From Candidatus Limnocylindria bacterium (GTDB lineage: Bacteria; Chloroflexota; Limnocylindria; QHBO01): a stretch of DNA of 61,908 bases. Below, one piece after another: positions 26,067 through 35,525 of the stretch. The notes below the pieces were generated by a model. The model saw only the letters and a program-made list of their open reading frames with translations, ran no database searches and was not told the DNA's origin. The stretch covers positions 1-61,908 of the forward strand of contig JBHENJ010000029.1 in assembly GCA_046262115.1 (NCBI GenBank), given 5' to 3'. How positions within the stretch are numbered: position 1 is the stretch's first letter; every line of letters starts with the position of its first letter. The position numbers and the translations under genes are program-made.

Positions 26067-27578
26067 ATGCTTGCGCAGGCCCTGACGGCGTCGCTCCTGG
26101 GCGTCCAGGGCGTCCTGGTACGCGTCGAGGTCGACGTCTCGTTCGGGCTTCCGGGCGTCACGATCGTCGGCCTCGCGGGCAGCGCAATCCAGGAAGCGCG
26201 GGAACGCGTTCGGTCGGCGATCCGCAATGCCGGGTTCGACGTGCCGTCGCGGCGAGTCACTGTCAATCTCGCCCCTGCAGACCTTCCCAAAGAGGGAACC
26301 TCCTACGACCTCGCGATCGCGGTGGCCGTGCTTTCCGCGTCGGGTCAGCTCGGCCCGCTCCCGAACGACACCGCCCTGTTCGGGGAGCTGGCCCTGGATG
26401 GGCGGCTCCAAGCGGTGCCCGGGACGATGGCGCTCGTGGCAGCGGCGCGTGACGCAGGCGTGAGCGACGTCGTCGTTCCCGCCGCGGTCACAGAGGAAGC
26501 GGCCGCGGTCGGCGCCCTCAACGTCCGTCCGGCGACGAGTCTCGGCGAGGTGGTGCGCCATCTCGCCGGCGTCGCCCGACTCCCTGTGGCACATCCTCCG
26601 GCGACGCTCGCGAACGGGAACGTCCGATCAGCGCCCGATCTGTCCGTCGTGATCGGTCAGAGGCTCGCTCGGCGCGCACTCGAGATCGCCATCGCGGGAA
26701 GGCATAGCCTGGCGCTGTGCGGTCCGCCCGGAGTCGGCAAGACGCTGCTGATGCGTTGCGCGCCGGGGCTCGCGCCCCCGCTCTCGGACGCCGAATCGCT
26801 CGAGGTGAGCCGGATCTATTCAGTCGCGGGACTTGCCGACCGGCGCCGCCCGGTCGTTCGCGACCGCCCATTTCGTGCGCCGCACCACACGATCTCGACC
26901 CAGGCTCTTGTCGGTGGCGGACCTCGGGTCCGCCCGGGCGAGGCGAGCCTCGCTCACCGCGGCATGCTGTTCCTCGACGAGACCCTCGAGTTTCGCGCGG
27001 ACGCCCTCGACGCGTTGCGTCAGCCGCTCGAGTCGGGGGCAGTGACGATCGCCCGCGTGGACGGCGTCCTCGAGCTGCCGGCACGATTCACCCTCCTGGC
27101 GGCGTTCAACCCGTGCTCGTGCGGCTGGCTTGGCTCGTCGTCCCAGGCGTGCGCGTGCGACGCGATTGCCGTGCGGCGCTATGCCGGCCGCCTCTCGGGT
27201 CCACTGCGCGACCGGCTCGACCTCTTCGTGTCGATGGCGCCTACGCACGCGTACGACCGGGATGGCGAGTTGTCAGAGGCGACGCCGCCGGTGGCGAGCC
27301 GCATCGCCGGCGCGTGGGATCGTCAGCTGAGAAGGCAGGGGACCGCGAACTCGGAGATCCGGCCGGAGTGCCTCGACGAACGATCCGGATTCAGCGCCAC
27401 CACGCGCTCGACGCTCGCGACGCGAGCGCGGCAGCTGCGGTTGTCCACGCGACGCGCCCACTCGATCGCCCGCGTTGCTCGCACCATCGCCGACCTGGAG
27501 GCGAGTGACCGGGTCGATCCGTCGCACGTCGACGAAGCCGCGCGCTACCGATCGGACCCGTGGGCGGCAGCGCCGTGA
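26067..27578 (+). CDS. comM: YifB/ComM-family Mg-chelatase-like AAA+ ATPase
   Basis: ORF 26001..27578 trimmed to MLAQALTASLLGVQG. Motifs: LPGVTIVGL, GPPGVGKT, MLFLDE. Confidence 0.9.
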   Translation: MLAQALTASLLGVQGVLVRVEVDVSFGLPGVTIVGLAGSAIQEARERVRSAIRNAGFDVPSRRVTVNLAPADLPKEGTSYDLAIAVAVLSASGQLGPLPNDTALFGELALDGRLQAVPGTMALVAAARDAGVSDVVVPAAVTEEAAAVGALNVRPATSLGEVVRHLAGVARLPVAHPPATLANGNVRSAPDLSVVIGQRLARRALEIAIAGRHSLALCGPPGVGKTLLMRCAPGLAPPLSDAESLEVSRIYSVAGLADRRRPVVRDRPFRAPHHTISTQALVGGGPRVRPGEASLAHRGMLFLDETLEFRADALDALRQPLESGAVTIARVDGVLELPARFTLLAAFNPCSCGWLGSSSQACACDAIAVRRYAGRLSGPLRDRLDLFVSMAPTHAYDRDGELSEATPPVASRIAGAWDRQLRRQGTANSEIRPECLDERSGFSATTRSTLATRARQLRLSTRRAHSIARVARTIADLEASDRVDPSHVDEAARYRSDPWAAAP

Positions 27579-28810
27579 GCGTCGGGCTGTCCGGCCCCCT
27601 CTCCGTCCCTTGGCCCCGTCCGGAGGGCGCTCGGGGACGCGCGGGCGCCGGATGGGGCGCGCTCGACCTCGGGCGGATCGACGCACAACGCGAGCGACCG
27701 TATTGGCTGGCGCTGGCGAACGTGCCGGGCATCGGTCCGGTGAGCTTCGCGCGGCTGCTGCACCGCTTCGGCGGCGCCGAGGCAGCATGGCGCGCCGGGA
27801 TGGCCCTGCTCGAGGTGGTCGAGCGCGCACCGGCCGAAGCCGGCGCCGCGATCGCCGCGATCGAAGTGGAGGGCGTGGTGCGCTTCGCCGGCCGGCTCGA
27901 ACGCGACCTGGACCGCGTGGGCGCCTTCGCCGTGGCCGCGTACGACGCGCGCTATCCCGCTGCGCTGGCCGACCTCGATCCGCGCCCCGCCGTGCTCTAC
28001 CTGAGGGGCTCAACCGCAGTGCTCGACCCGCTCTGTGTGGCCGTAGTCGGCACGCGGCGTCCCACCGGGTACGGACTGACCATCGCCCGCGAGATAGCCG
28101 ACGAGCTGTCCCGCGCCGGCGCGTCGATCGTGTCGGGTCTGGCGGTCGGGATCGATGGGGAGGCTCATGCGGCATGCCTCGACGCCGCGGGACGCACGGT
28201 CGCCGTGCTGCCGTGCCCGATCGACCGGGTCTACCCGCCGCGACATCGCGCGTTGGCCGATCGCATCCTTGAGTCAGGCGGCCTGCTCGTATCCGAGCTC
28301 GCACCCGACCGCGCCGTCGGGAAGCCGGACTTCGCGCGGCGCAATCGCATAATCGCCGGACTCGCGCGCGCCACGATCGTGGTCGAGGCGCCGGACGGCT
28401 CCGGCGCGCTTCTCACCGCCGCAGCTGCACTCCAGTGCGGACGCGACGTGTACGCAGTCCCGGGTCCCATCGACGCCGTCACGTCGCGTGGTTGCAACCG
28501 GCTGATCGCCGACCAGTCGGCGGCGCTCGTGACGTCGGCCGTCGCGCTTAGCCACCAACTGGGAGCCACGCCGGGCGGCAAACCGATCAGCGTCGCGAGC
28601 CTCTCCGAACCGGAGGCAATCGTCCTGGCGGCGCTGTTCAGGCGAAGCGGCTCGATCGAGGAACTGATCGATCGCACGCGGCTGCGGACGTCGCTGGTGG
28701 CGGCTGCATTGACGATGCTGGAGGCGCGCCGGCTGGTGACGTCATATGGTGGCGCGACGTTCCATGTCACCCTCGACGCCCGCCGGCTCGAGCGTAACGG
28801 CCGAGTCTGA
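27575..28810 (+). CDS. dprA: DNA-processing protein DprA
   Basis: ORF 27560..28810: VVGTRRPTGYG, SGLAVGIDGEAH, RNRIIAGLA. The GTG at 27575 forms a GTGA overlap with the comM stop. The GTG at 27560 is an alternative start. Confidence 0.9.
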   Translation: MSVGLSGPLSVPWPRPEGARGRAGAGWGALDLGRIDAQRERPYWLALANVPGIGPVSFARLLHRFGGAEAAWRAGMALLEVVERAPAEAGAAIAAIEVEGVVRFAGRLERDLDRVGAFAVAAYDARYPAALADLDPRPAVLYLRGSTAVLDPLCVAVVGTRRPTGYGLTIAREIADELSRAGASIVSGLAVGIDGEAHAACLDAAGRTVAVLPCPIDRVYPPRHRALADRILESGGLLVSELAPDRAVGKPDFARRNRIIAGLARATIVVEAPDGSGALLTAAAALQCGRDVYAVPGPIDAVTSRGCNRLIADQSAALVTSAVALSHQLGATPGGKPISVASLSEPEAIVLAALFRRSGSIEELIDRTRLRTSLVAAALTMLEARRLVTSYGGATFHVTLDARRLERNGRV

Positions 28811-28851
28811 CAGGTGCGGTGGAACGCAACGTGCAGAGGCGCCGACCTGTC

Positions 28852-28857
28852 TATACT
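28852..28857 (+). promoter_or_regulatory. Candidate -10 element TATACT within GTCTATACT
   Basis: ctGTCTATACTgcc lies 145 nt before the ATG at 29002. Confidence 0.35.
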
Positions 28858-28863
28858 GCCCCG

Positions 28864-28998
28864 GATCTTCAGGGACCGGGGCAGAGTGCCCAGAAGGGAA
28901 GCACGGGGCCCGGCATATTGGAGTGGAGTCCAAGCACCGCTGGGTCGGTCTGGCATAGCCGGCTGACCGAAACGGTCCGACGCCATCGGGGAACCGCC
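28864..28998 (+). ncRNA. Candidate structured 5' leader with ydaO/c-di-AMP-riboswitch-like motifs
   Basis: Three motifs in the expected order: GCACGGGGCCCGG (28901-), UUGGAGUGGAGUCC (28918-), GACCGAAACGGUCCGACGCC (28965-). They resemble the ACGGGG-ACCC, GGGGUGAAUC and CCGAACCCGAC blocks. The AGCUAAC block was not found. Judged from memory of the consensus only. Confidence 0.3.
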
Positions 28999-29001
28999 CG
29001 C

Positions 29002-30555
29002 ATGGTCGTCGCGGTGACCCTTCTCAGCGCCGTCCTCATCGCCTCCAAGCAGCAGTCGGCCGTCGCCGGGCCCGAGTTTGGGGGAGCCTGGTCCTCATCG
29101 CTCCCGCTTCCACCCAACATCGGCGTCGGCCTGGCGACCGATCGCGCCGTCTCCATCCAGTTCGGGCAGTCGATGGATCCGGAGTCCGTCGCCGACGCTC
29201 TCGCCATCGCTCCCGCGACCGACGTGTACCTGAGCTGGAACGCCGATTACACGACCCTCGACGTGACGGCGTCCGACCGATGGCTGACCGATCGCCGCTA
29301 CGTGATGAGCATCCCCGAGCAGGCGCTGACGGCGGACGGCCGAGAGGTCGGGCAGGCCACCGAGGTAAGCTTCACCACGCAGACGGCGCCCGCCGTTCGG
29401 CGCTTCGAGATCGTGTCCGCCGCAGGCGAGGTGGAGACCGCACAGCCTCCGCCCGAGGCAGTGACGCCCGAGGACGTTGGCGTTGCCGAGGATTCCCTCG
29501 TCCAGGTCAGCACCACGACGACGGTCACGATCGAGTTCACGGCGGTCATGGATCACGCCGACGTCGAAAACCGGTTCGTCATCGACCCGTACGTCTCCGG
29601 CATCTTCGGCTGGGAGGAAGGCGTGCTGTCGTTCGAGCCGGACGAGCCGCTCCTGCCCGATTCTGAGTATTCGGTCAGCGTCGTCGGTGCGCACGACAAG
29701 CTGGGCAACCGCGTCGGCCGCGAAGCGGTCTTCACCTTCACGACCCAGGGTGGCGCGGAGGTGGTCAACGTCCGTCCGGGTGCCGACGATGCGAGCGCGG
29801 CGACGGATACGGTGACGATCGGATTCAGCGCCCCGATGGATACCGACGCCACCACGGCTGCGTTCGGGGTCTGGGACATCCAGGGAGCAGCGACGCTGGT
29901 GCCCGGCACGGTGACCTGGGACGAGACGGGGACGCACCTGACGTTCGTCGCCAGCGCTCCGCTCGGCGGCGGCCGGCTGCACGCCGTGCGGCTGGCGCAG
30001 GGCGCGTTGAGCGCGAGCGGGGTGCCGGTGGAAGGTGAGTGGCGCTTCTGGGCCGTCGCACCCGCCGTTCAGGTGCAGGAACTCACTGCCACCACGCCTC
30101 AGGCGGCAGCGGCGCCGGCGTACGCACCGCCGGCTTACGCGCCGGGCAGCCCACTCGAGGGCTACGCCCTCCAGCAGATCAACTCGGCGCGGGCGGCTTA
30201 CGGCTTCGGTCCGCTGTATCTCGATCCGGCGGTCTCGGCCGCCGCATCCGCGCACGCGTGGGACCAGGTGACGAACATGTACTACGAGCACACCTCGCTC
30301 GACGGCCGCACGCCGGTGATGCGGCTGCAGGCGGCGGGCGCGTCGTTCGGGCTGTCGGGCGAGAACCAGTGCTACTACATCGGCATGAGCGCCCTGGACA
30401 CGCTGAACTGGTGCCACTCCGCGTTCATGTCGGAACCGTGGCCCGGCTTCTGGAACCACATCGGGAACGTGCTCGGCGCGGATTACACTCGCGTCGGCAT
30501 CGGCATCGGCGAGGCCAACGGCCGGGTCGTCATCACCTGGGACTTCGTCCAGTAG
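29002..30555 (+). CDS. Secreted protein with Ig-like (SbsA/Big_5-like) repeats and a C-terminal CAP/SCP (YkwD-like) domain
   Basis: ORF 28819..30555 trimmed to MVVAVTLLSAVLIAS. Repeats: VSIQFGQSMDPESV, VTIEFTAVMDHADV, VTIGFSAPMDTDAT. C-terminus: LQQINSARAAYGFGPL...YYEHTS...GENQCY...HIGNVLG. Confidence 0.7.
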   Translation: MVVAVTLLSAVLIASKQQSAVAGPEFGGAWSSSLPLPPNIGVGLATDRAVSIQFGQSMDPESVADALAIAPATDVYLSWNADYTTLDVTASDRWLTDRRYVMSIPEQALTADGREVGQATEVSFTTQTAPAVRRFEIVSAAGEVETAQPPPEAVTPEDVGVAEDSLVQVSTTTTVTIEFTAVMDHADVENRFVIDPYVSGIFGWEEGVLSFEPDEPLLPDSEYSVSVVGAHDKLGNRVGREAVFTFTTQGGAEVVNVRPGADDASAATDTVTIGFSAPMDTDATTAAFGVWDIQGAATLVPGTVTWDETGTHLTFVASAPLGGGRLHAVRLAQGALSASGVPVEGEWRFWAVAPAVQVQELTATTPQAAAAPAYAPPAYAPGSPLEGYALQQINSARAAYGFGPLYLDPAVSAAASAHAWDQVTNMYYEHTSLDGRTPVMRLQAAGASFGLSGENQCYYIGMSALDTLNWCHSAFMSEPWPGFWNHIGNVLGADYTRVGIGIGEANGRVVITWDFVQ

Positions 30556-30641
30556 CACGCTGATCGGCCCACCGCCGCCGGCGCCGATGTCGTCGCGCGG
30601 TCACGGAACGGTAAGTGCCCGGTGCTACACTCCGTCGCCGT

Positions 30642-32879
30642 ATGCCCAGGAAGTCCTCCTCGGGCCAGGGCGACCTGGTGATCGTCGAGTCGCCCGCCAA
30701 GGCCCGCACCATCGAGCGCTATCTCGGTCCCGAATTCCGTGTGGTGGCGTCGTATGGCCATGTCCGCGACCTCCCAAAGCGGAAGCTCGGCGTCGACGTC
30801 GAACACGACTTCGAGCCGGAGTACGTGCCGATGGCGGACCGCCGCAAGGAGCTCGACAAGCTCGCGGACGCGGCCCGTAGCGCGAGGCAGGTGTGGCTCG
30901 CCACGGACCTCGATCGCGAGGGGGAGGCGATCGCCTGGCACATCGCCGACTACAGCGGGCTTCCCGCCGATCACTTCCGGCGGGTGACGTTCAGCGAGAT
31001 CACCCGGTCGGCGGTGCAGGACGCGTTCGCCCACCCACGCGATCTCAACATGAGCCTCGTCGACGCCCAGCAGGCGCGCCGCGTTCTCGACCGCCTGGTC
31101 GGGTACCCGCTGAGTCGGTTGGTGTCGAGCAAGGTGCGGCGCGGCCTCTCGGCTGGGCGCGTGCAGAGCGTGGCCGTCCGGTTGGTGGTCGAGCGCGAGC
31201 GCGAGATCGACGCCTTCACATCGCAGGAGTACTGGACCATCGCCGCGCGGCTGACCCGGCTCGCGGGGGCGGAGCAGCGATCCGGCGCGGGCGTCTTCGA
31301 GGCGCAGCTCGCCAGGATCAATGGCCGCAAGGCGGAGATCGGGTCCGAGTCCGAGGCCCGCCACCATGAAGCGGAGCTGCGCACCGCGGCGTATCGCGTC
31401 GCGAAGGTCAGCCGCGCCGAACGCCGCCGGAACGCCCCGCCGCCGTTCACTACCAGCACCCTCCAGCAGGAGGCGTCTCGGAAGCTCGGTTTCGGGGCGC
31501 GCCGGACGATGCGGATCGCGCAGCGATTGTACGAGGGCGTCCAGCTGCAGGACGGCCAGGCCGGTCTGATCACGTACATGCGAACCGATTCGCTCGCGAT
31601 GGCGAGTGGGGCCGTCGGCGAGGCGCGCGCCGTCATCGGTCAGCGGTGGGGGTCGGACTTCGTGCCCAAGCGGCCGAACGTCTACCGCTCGCGGATCAAG
31701 GGCGCGCAGGAGGCGCACGAGGCGATCCGCCCGACGAGCTTCGAGCGCACGCCGGAGTCGCTCCGAAACGTCCTGAAACCCGAGGAGCTGCGACTGTACG
31801 ACCTCATCTACAAGCGCGCCCTCGCGAGCCAGATGGCGCCGGCGGTCTTCGACGTCGTCTCGGTCGACGTGGAGGCCGGCCGCTACGGGCTGCGGGCCAC
31901 CGCCAGCCGCCGGGTCTTCGACGGGTACCAGGCGGTCTACGTCGAGGGGCGTGACGATGAGGAGGAGGCGGAACCGTCGGTCCTGCCGGACCTCGCCGAG
32001 GACGAGCCGCTACGGCTCGAGGATCTCGTCAGCGCACAACACTTCACGCAGCCGCCGCCCCGCTACACCGAGGCGACGTTGATCAAGGCCCTGGAGGAGC
32101 GGGGAATCGGGCGTCCGTCGACCTACGCGCCGATCATCGAGACCATCCAGCAGCGCGGTTACGTGTCGATCAAGGACCGCCGCCTGACTCCCGAGGAGGC
32201 GGCGTACCGCGTCAATGACCTCCTCGTCGAGCACTTCCCCGAGGTCGTGGACTACGAGTTCACCGCGCGGATGGAGCAGCAGCTCGACGAGGTCGCCAGC
32301 GGCGAGCGGCCGTGGCGCCCCATCGTGCGTGACTTCTACACGCCGTTCGCGCGCCAGATCGACGAGGGCCGCGCCGGGATACCCAAGCAGATCGAGGTGA
32401 CGGACATCATCTGTCCGCAGTCGGGGCAGCCGATGGTGAAGCGCTTCGGACGCAGCGGCTGGTTCCTGGGCTGCAGCGGCTACCCGGACTGCAAGTTCAC
32501 AATGCCGCTCCCCGGAGAAGAGCCTGAAGCCGAGCTCGACGGCGCGGGAGAGGTGTGCCCGCAGTGCGGGGAGGGTCATCTCATCGGTCGCCGAGGCCGC
32601 TTCGGTCCGTTCCTCGCGTGCGACCGCTACCCCGAGTGCCGATACGTGAAGCGCGACAGCGCACAGGCCGACTCGTTCGGCACCTGTCCCCAGTGCGGTC
32701 AGGGGACCGTCGTCACCAAGCGGAGTCGTCGCGGCCGCACGTTTTGGGGCTGCGACCGGTATCCGGCTTGCGACTGGGCCACGTGGACTCGACCCGTGAC
32801 TGCCACCGACGGCCTGTCGCCGGCCGGCATCGCGGCGACGTCCGGCGCCGGCGGGCCCGACGGCGCGCGCGGACGGTAG
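30642..32879 (+). CDS. topA: DNA topoisomerase I
   Basis: ORF 30615..32879 trimmed to MPRKSSSGQGDLVIVESPAKA (TOPRIM). Also DREGEAI, LITYMRTDS (active-site Tyr region) and C-terminal CxxC zinc fingers. Confidence 0.95.
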   Translation: MPRKSSSGQGDLVIVESPAKARTIERYLGPEFRVVASYGHVRDLPKRKLGVDVEHDFEPEYVPMADRRKELDKLADAARSARQVWLATDLDREGEAIAWHIADYSGLPADHFRRVTFSEITRSAVQDAFAHPRDLNMSLVDAQQARRVLDRLVGYPLSRLVSSKVRRGLSAGRVQSVAVRLVVEREREIDAFTSQEYWTIAARLTRLAGAEQRSGAGVFEAQLARINGRKAEIGSESEARHHEAELRTAAYRVAKVSRAERRRNAPPPFTTSTLQQEASRKLGFGARRTMRIAQRLYEGVQLQDGQAGLITYMRTDSLAMASGAVGEARAVIGQRWGSDFVPKRPNVYRSRIKGAQEAHEAIRPTSFERTPESLRNVLKPEELRLYDLIYKRALASQMAPAVFDVVSVDVEAGRYGLRATASRRVFDGYQAVYVEGRDDEEEAEPSVLPDLAEDEPLRLEDLVSAQHFTQPPPRYTEATLIKALEERGIGRPSTYAPIIETIQQRGYVSIKDRRLTPEEAAYRVNDLLVEHFPEVVDYEFTARMEQQLDEVASGERPWRPIVRDFYTPFARQIDEGRAGIPKQIEVTDIICPQSGQPMVKRFGRSGWFLGCSGYPDCKFTMPLPGEEPEAELDGAGEVCPQCGEGHLIGRRGRFGPFLACDRYPECRYVKRDSAQADSFGTCPQCGQGTVVTKRSRRGRTFWGCDRYPACDWATWTRPVTATDGLSPAGIAATSGAGGPDGARGR

Positions 32880-33892
32880 TGCGGGAGACGTCGCCGAGCG
32901 TGCCTGATGCGAGCGCGCTGGGGGCCGACGCCGCGCTCGAACGCTTCATCGGGCACCTCGAGGCGCGCAACGCGTCGCCCGGCACCGTCCGCGAGTACAC
33001 GCGGGCGAACCGCGAGTTCCTTGACTTCGTCGCCGCACGGGGCGGGCAGTGGGCAGCTCCCGGGCGCGCCACGGTCCGCGCGTACCTCGCCCACCTGGCG
33101 GATCGCGGGCTGGCGTCGGCGAGCGTCGCCGGTCGGATCGCCGCGATCCGGGCGATGTACCGCGACGCGCGGCAGCATGGACACGTGGCCGACGATCCGC
33201 TGGCGGGAGTCAGGACGCCGCGCCGGCCGTCACGCCTGCCCCGCGTGCTCGGCACGCAACAGGCCGCCGAGCTGGTGGAGGCGCCGGGCGTAGGCGCCGG
33301 ACGGGATCGCGATCGCGATGAGACGCTCGCCGCTCGCGACAGCGCGATCCTGGAGATGCTCTACGCGACCGGGATGCGCATTTCGGAGTTAACCGGCTTG
33401 ACGCTCGATCGCATCGACCTCACGAGGCGCCGCGTCCGCGTGCTGGGCAAGGGTCGCAAGGAGCGCGACCTGCTCTTTGGAAAGCCCGCGGCGCGCGCGC
33501 TGCATGCGTACGTCCGGCTTGCGCGACCCGCGCTGCGAGCGCGCGCCACGCGATCTCGCGGCAGCGCGGCGACGACGCGCGACAGCGGGCACCTGTTCCT
33601 CAACGCGCGGGGTGGAGCGCTCGGTGTGCGCGGCGCGCGCTCCGTGGTCGAGCGCTGGGCCGCCGCGGCCGGCAGTCCGGAAGCGACCTCGCCGCACGTG
33701 CTGCGGCACTCCTTCGCGACCCACCTGCTCGAAGGAGGAGCCGATCTGCGGACCGTCCAGGAGCTGCTCGGCCACCGGAATCTCCAGACGACACAGATCT
33801 ACACGCACCTGTCGGACGCCGCGTTGGTCTCGGCCTATCGGGGCGCCCACCCACGGGCGACGACGGCCGGGCGCGCGCGCGCCGATGGCTGA
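32879..33892 (+). CDS. xerC: Site-specific tyrosine recombinase XerC/XerD
   Basis: Tail of ORF 32555..33892 from the GTG at 32879: LEARNASPGTVREYT, YATGMRISEL, HVLRHSFATHLL, LLGHRNLQTTQIYTH. Confidence 0.85.
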   Translation: MRETSPSVPDASALGADAALERFIGHLEARNASPGTVREYTRANREFLDFVAARGGQWAAPGRATVRAYLAHLADRGLASASVAGRIAAIRAMYRDARQHGHVADDPLAGVRTPRRPSRLPRVLGTQQAAELVEAPGVGAGRDRDRDETLAARDSAILEMLYATGMRISELTGLTLDRIDLTRRRVRVLGKGRKERDLLFGKPAARALHAYVRLARPALRARATRSRGSAATTRDSGHLFLNARGGALGVRGARSVVERWAAAAGSPEATSPHVLRHSFATHLLEGGADLRTVQELLGHRNLQTTQIYTHLSDAALVSAYRGAHPRATTAGRARADG

Positions 33893-35525
33893 GCTCGAGG
33901 CACCGGCCCCGGAGGCAGCCGCCGATCTCGTCGCTCCGCGCCGGTGGACAGGCGGACCGTCGCTGGGTGGCGTCCTCGTCACCGCAAGCCTCGTCCTCAC
34001 CGCGGCGGCCCTGGCGAGCAGAGTGCTCGGCTGGGTCCGTCTGCTGGTCATCGGTTCGCGGTTCGGCGCCAGCCGCGAGCTCGATGCGTACTTCGCGGCG
34101 TTTCACATCCCCGACGCGATCTTCCAGCTCGTCGTCGCCGGTGCCCTGACGGCGGCGCTGATCCCCGTCTTTGCCGGCTATCGCGCCCGTGGACAGGAAG
34201 GCGAGGCGTGGCGCGTGGCGAGCAGCGTGATCAACCTCGTCGTCCTGGCCCTCGCCGGGCTGTCGCTGCTGATGGTGATCTTCGCGCCGCTGTTCGTGCC
34301 GGTGATCGCGCCGGGCTTCGATCCGGCCACCGTCGAGCTGACGGTGCGGATGACCAGGGTGATGCTGCTGAGCCCGGTCTTCATCGGTCTCGGGACTGTG
34401 GTCAGCGGGATCCTCAACACGTACGACGAGTTCACGATCCCGGCGATCGCGCCTCTGCTCTACAACCTCGGCATCATCCTGGCGGCGGTCTTCCTCGCGC
34501 CGCTGCTCGGCGTCGAGGCGCTCGCGGTGGGAGTGGCGGTCGGGTCACTGGCACACCTGGCGATCCAGCTTCCGAGCCTTGCGCGCGCGGGGCAGCGCTA
34601 CGACCTCACCATCGGCCTCTCGGAGCCCGGAGTGCGCAGGGTGGCCTGGCTGATGGGGCCGCGGACGCTGGGTCTCGCCGCGGGGCAGCTGAACTTCATC
34701 GTCAGTACCGTCCTCGCCAGCGGGCTCCAGGAAGGAAGCATCACCGCCTACAACTACGCGTTTCAGCTGTCGCAGATTCCGGTGGGCGTGGTCGGCGTGA
34801 GCATCGCCGTGGCACTCTTCCCCACGCTGTCGCGGGATGCCGCGCTGGGACGGATCGGCGAGATCAGGCGGCAGGTGATGGCCAGCGTCCGGATCATCTT
34901 CTTCGTGACCGCACCCTTGACGGCGATCATGATCGTGCTGCGCGAGCCGCTGACCGCGGTCTTCTTCCAGTACGGGCAATTCGACCAGCGATCCGCGGAG
35001 CGGACTGCGCACGCGCTGCTGTACTTCAGCATCGGCCTCTTCGCGCACAGCGTGGTCCACGTCGTGACGCGTGCCTTCTACGCGATGCACGACACGCGGA
35101 CGCCGGTGCTGTGGGCCGTCGTCGCCGTCGCGTTGAACGTCCCGCTCATGCTGTGGCTGGTGGGACCGATGGGGGTCGAGGGGCTCGCGCTCGCGCTCTC
35201 CATCGCCGCCATCGTCGAGGTACTGGCGCTGCTGTGGAGCCTGCGCCGCCGGATCGAGTCGATCGGCGGGCGCGATCTCCTGCGCTCGGTGGCGCGCGAC
35301 ACGCTCGCCGCGGCGGCCGCCGCGTTGCTGATGTTCGGGGCGCTGCAGGTGGTCTCGGGTTGGATCCCCGGGCTGCTCGACAACGGGCTGACGCGGCTCG
35401 TGGTTCTGATCGGCCTGTCGACGGCGGGGCTGGCGATCTACGCCGTCGTCGCCAACGCGCTGCACAGCCCGGAGCTCGACCAGCTGGCGGGCGTGGTCCG
35501 CCGGCGGCTCCGGAGGGCGGGGTGA
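33885..35525 (+). CDS. murJ: Lipid II flippase MurJ
   Basis: ORF 33477..35525 trimmed to MAELEAP. Motif SRELDAYFAAFHIPD. Multi-TM throughout. Confidence 0.85.
   Translation: MAELEAPAPEAAADLVAPRRWTGGPSLGGVLVTASLVLTAAALASRVLGWVRLLVIGSRFGASRELDAYFAAFHIPDAIFQLVVAGALTAALIPVFAGYRARGQEGEAWRVASSVINLVVLALAGLSLLMVIFAPLFVPVIAPGFDPATVELTVRMTRVMLLSPVFIGLGTVVSGILNTYDEFTIPAIAPLLYNLGIILAAVFLAPLLGVEALAVGVAVGSLAHLAIQLPSLARAGQRYDLTIGLSEPGVRRVAWLMGPRTLGLAAGQLNFIVSTVLASGLQEGSITAYNYAFQLSQIPVGVVGVSIAVALFPTLSRDAALGRIGEIRRQVMASVRIIFFVTAPLTAIMIVLREPLTAVFFQYGQFDQRSAERTAHALLYFSIGLFAHSVVHVVTRAFYAMHDTRTPVLWAVVAVALNVPLMLWLVGPMGVEGLALALSIAAIVEVLALLWSLRRRIESIGGRDLLRSVARDTLAAAAAALLMFGALQVVSGWIPGLLDNGLTRLVVLIGLSTAGLAIYAVVANALHSPELDQLAGVVRRRLRRAG

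Noticed and set aside
25503-26594. 364-aa N-terminal extension of the HTH-TPR ORF (801 aa as listed)
   Set aside because: The extension has no domain content. It runs antisense through the comM start, the sORF and its terminator. HTH homology begins right after the ATG at 25502.
27273-28304. 343-aa minus-strand Arg/Pro-rich ORF
   Set aside because: It is antisense to dprA and comM. Its extreme R/P/A composition is typical of an out-of-frame GC-rich translation.
33944-35521. Upstream 526 aa of the 881-aa ORF 33944..36589
   Set aside because: This part lies out of frame over murJ. FemAB homology begins at the GTG at 35522, which overlaps the murJ stop.
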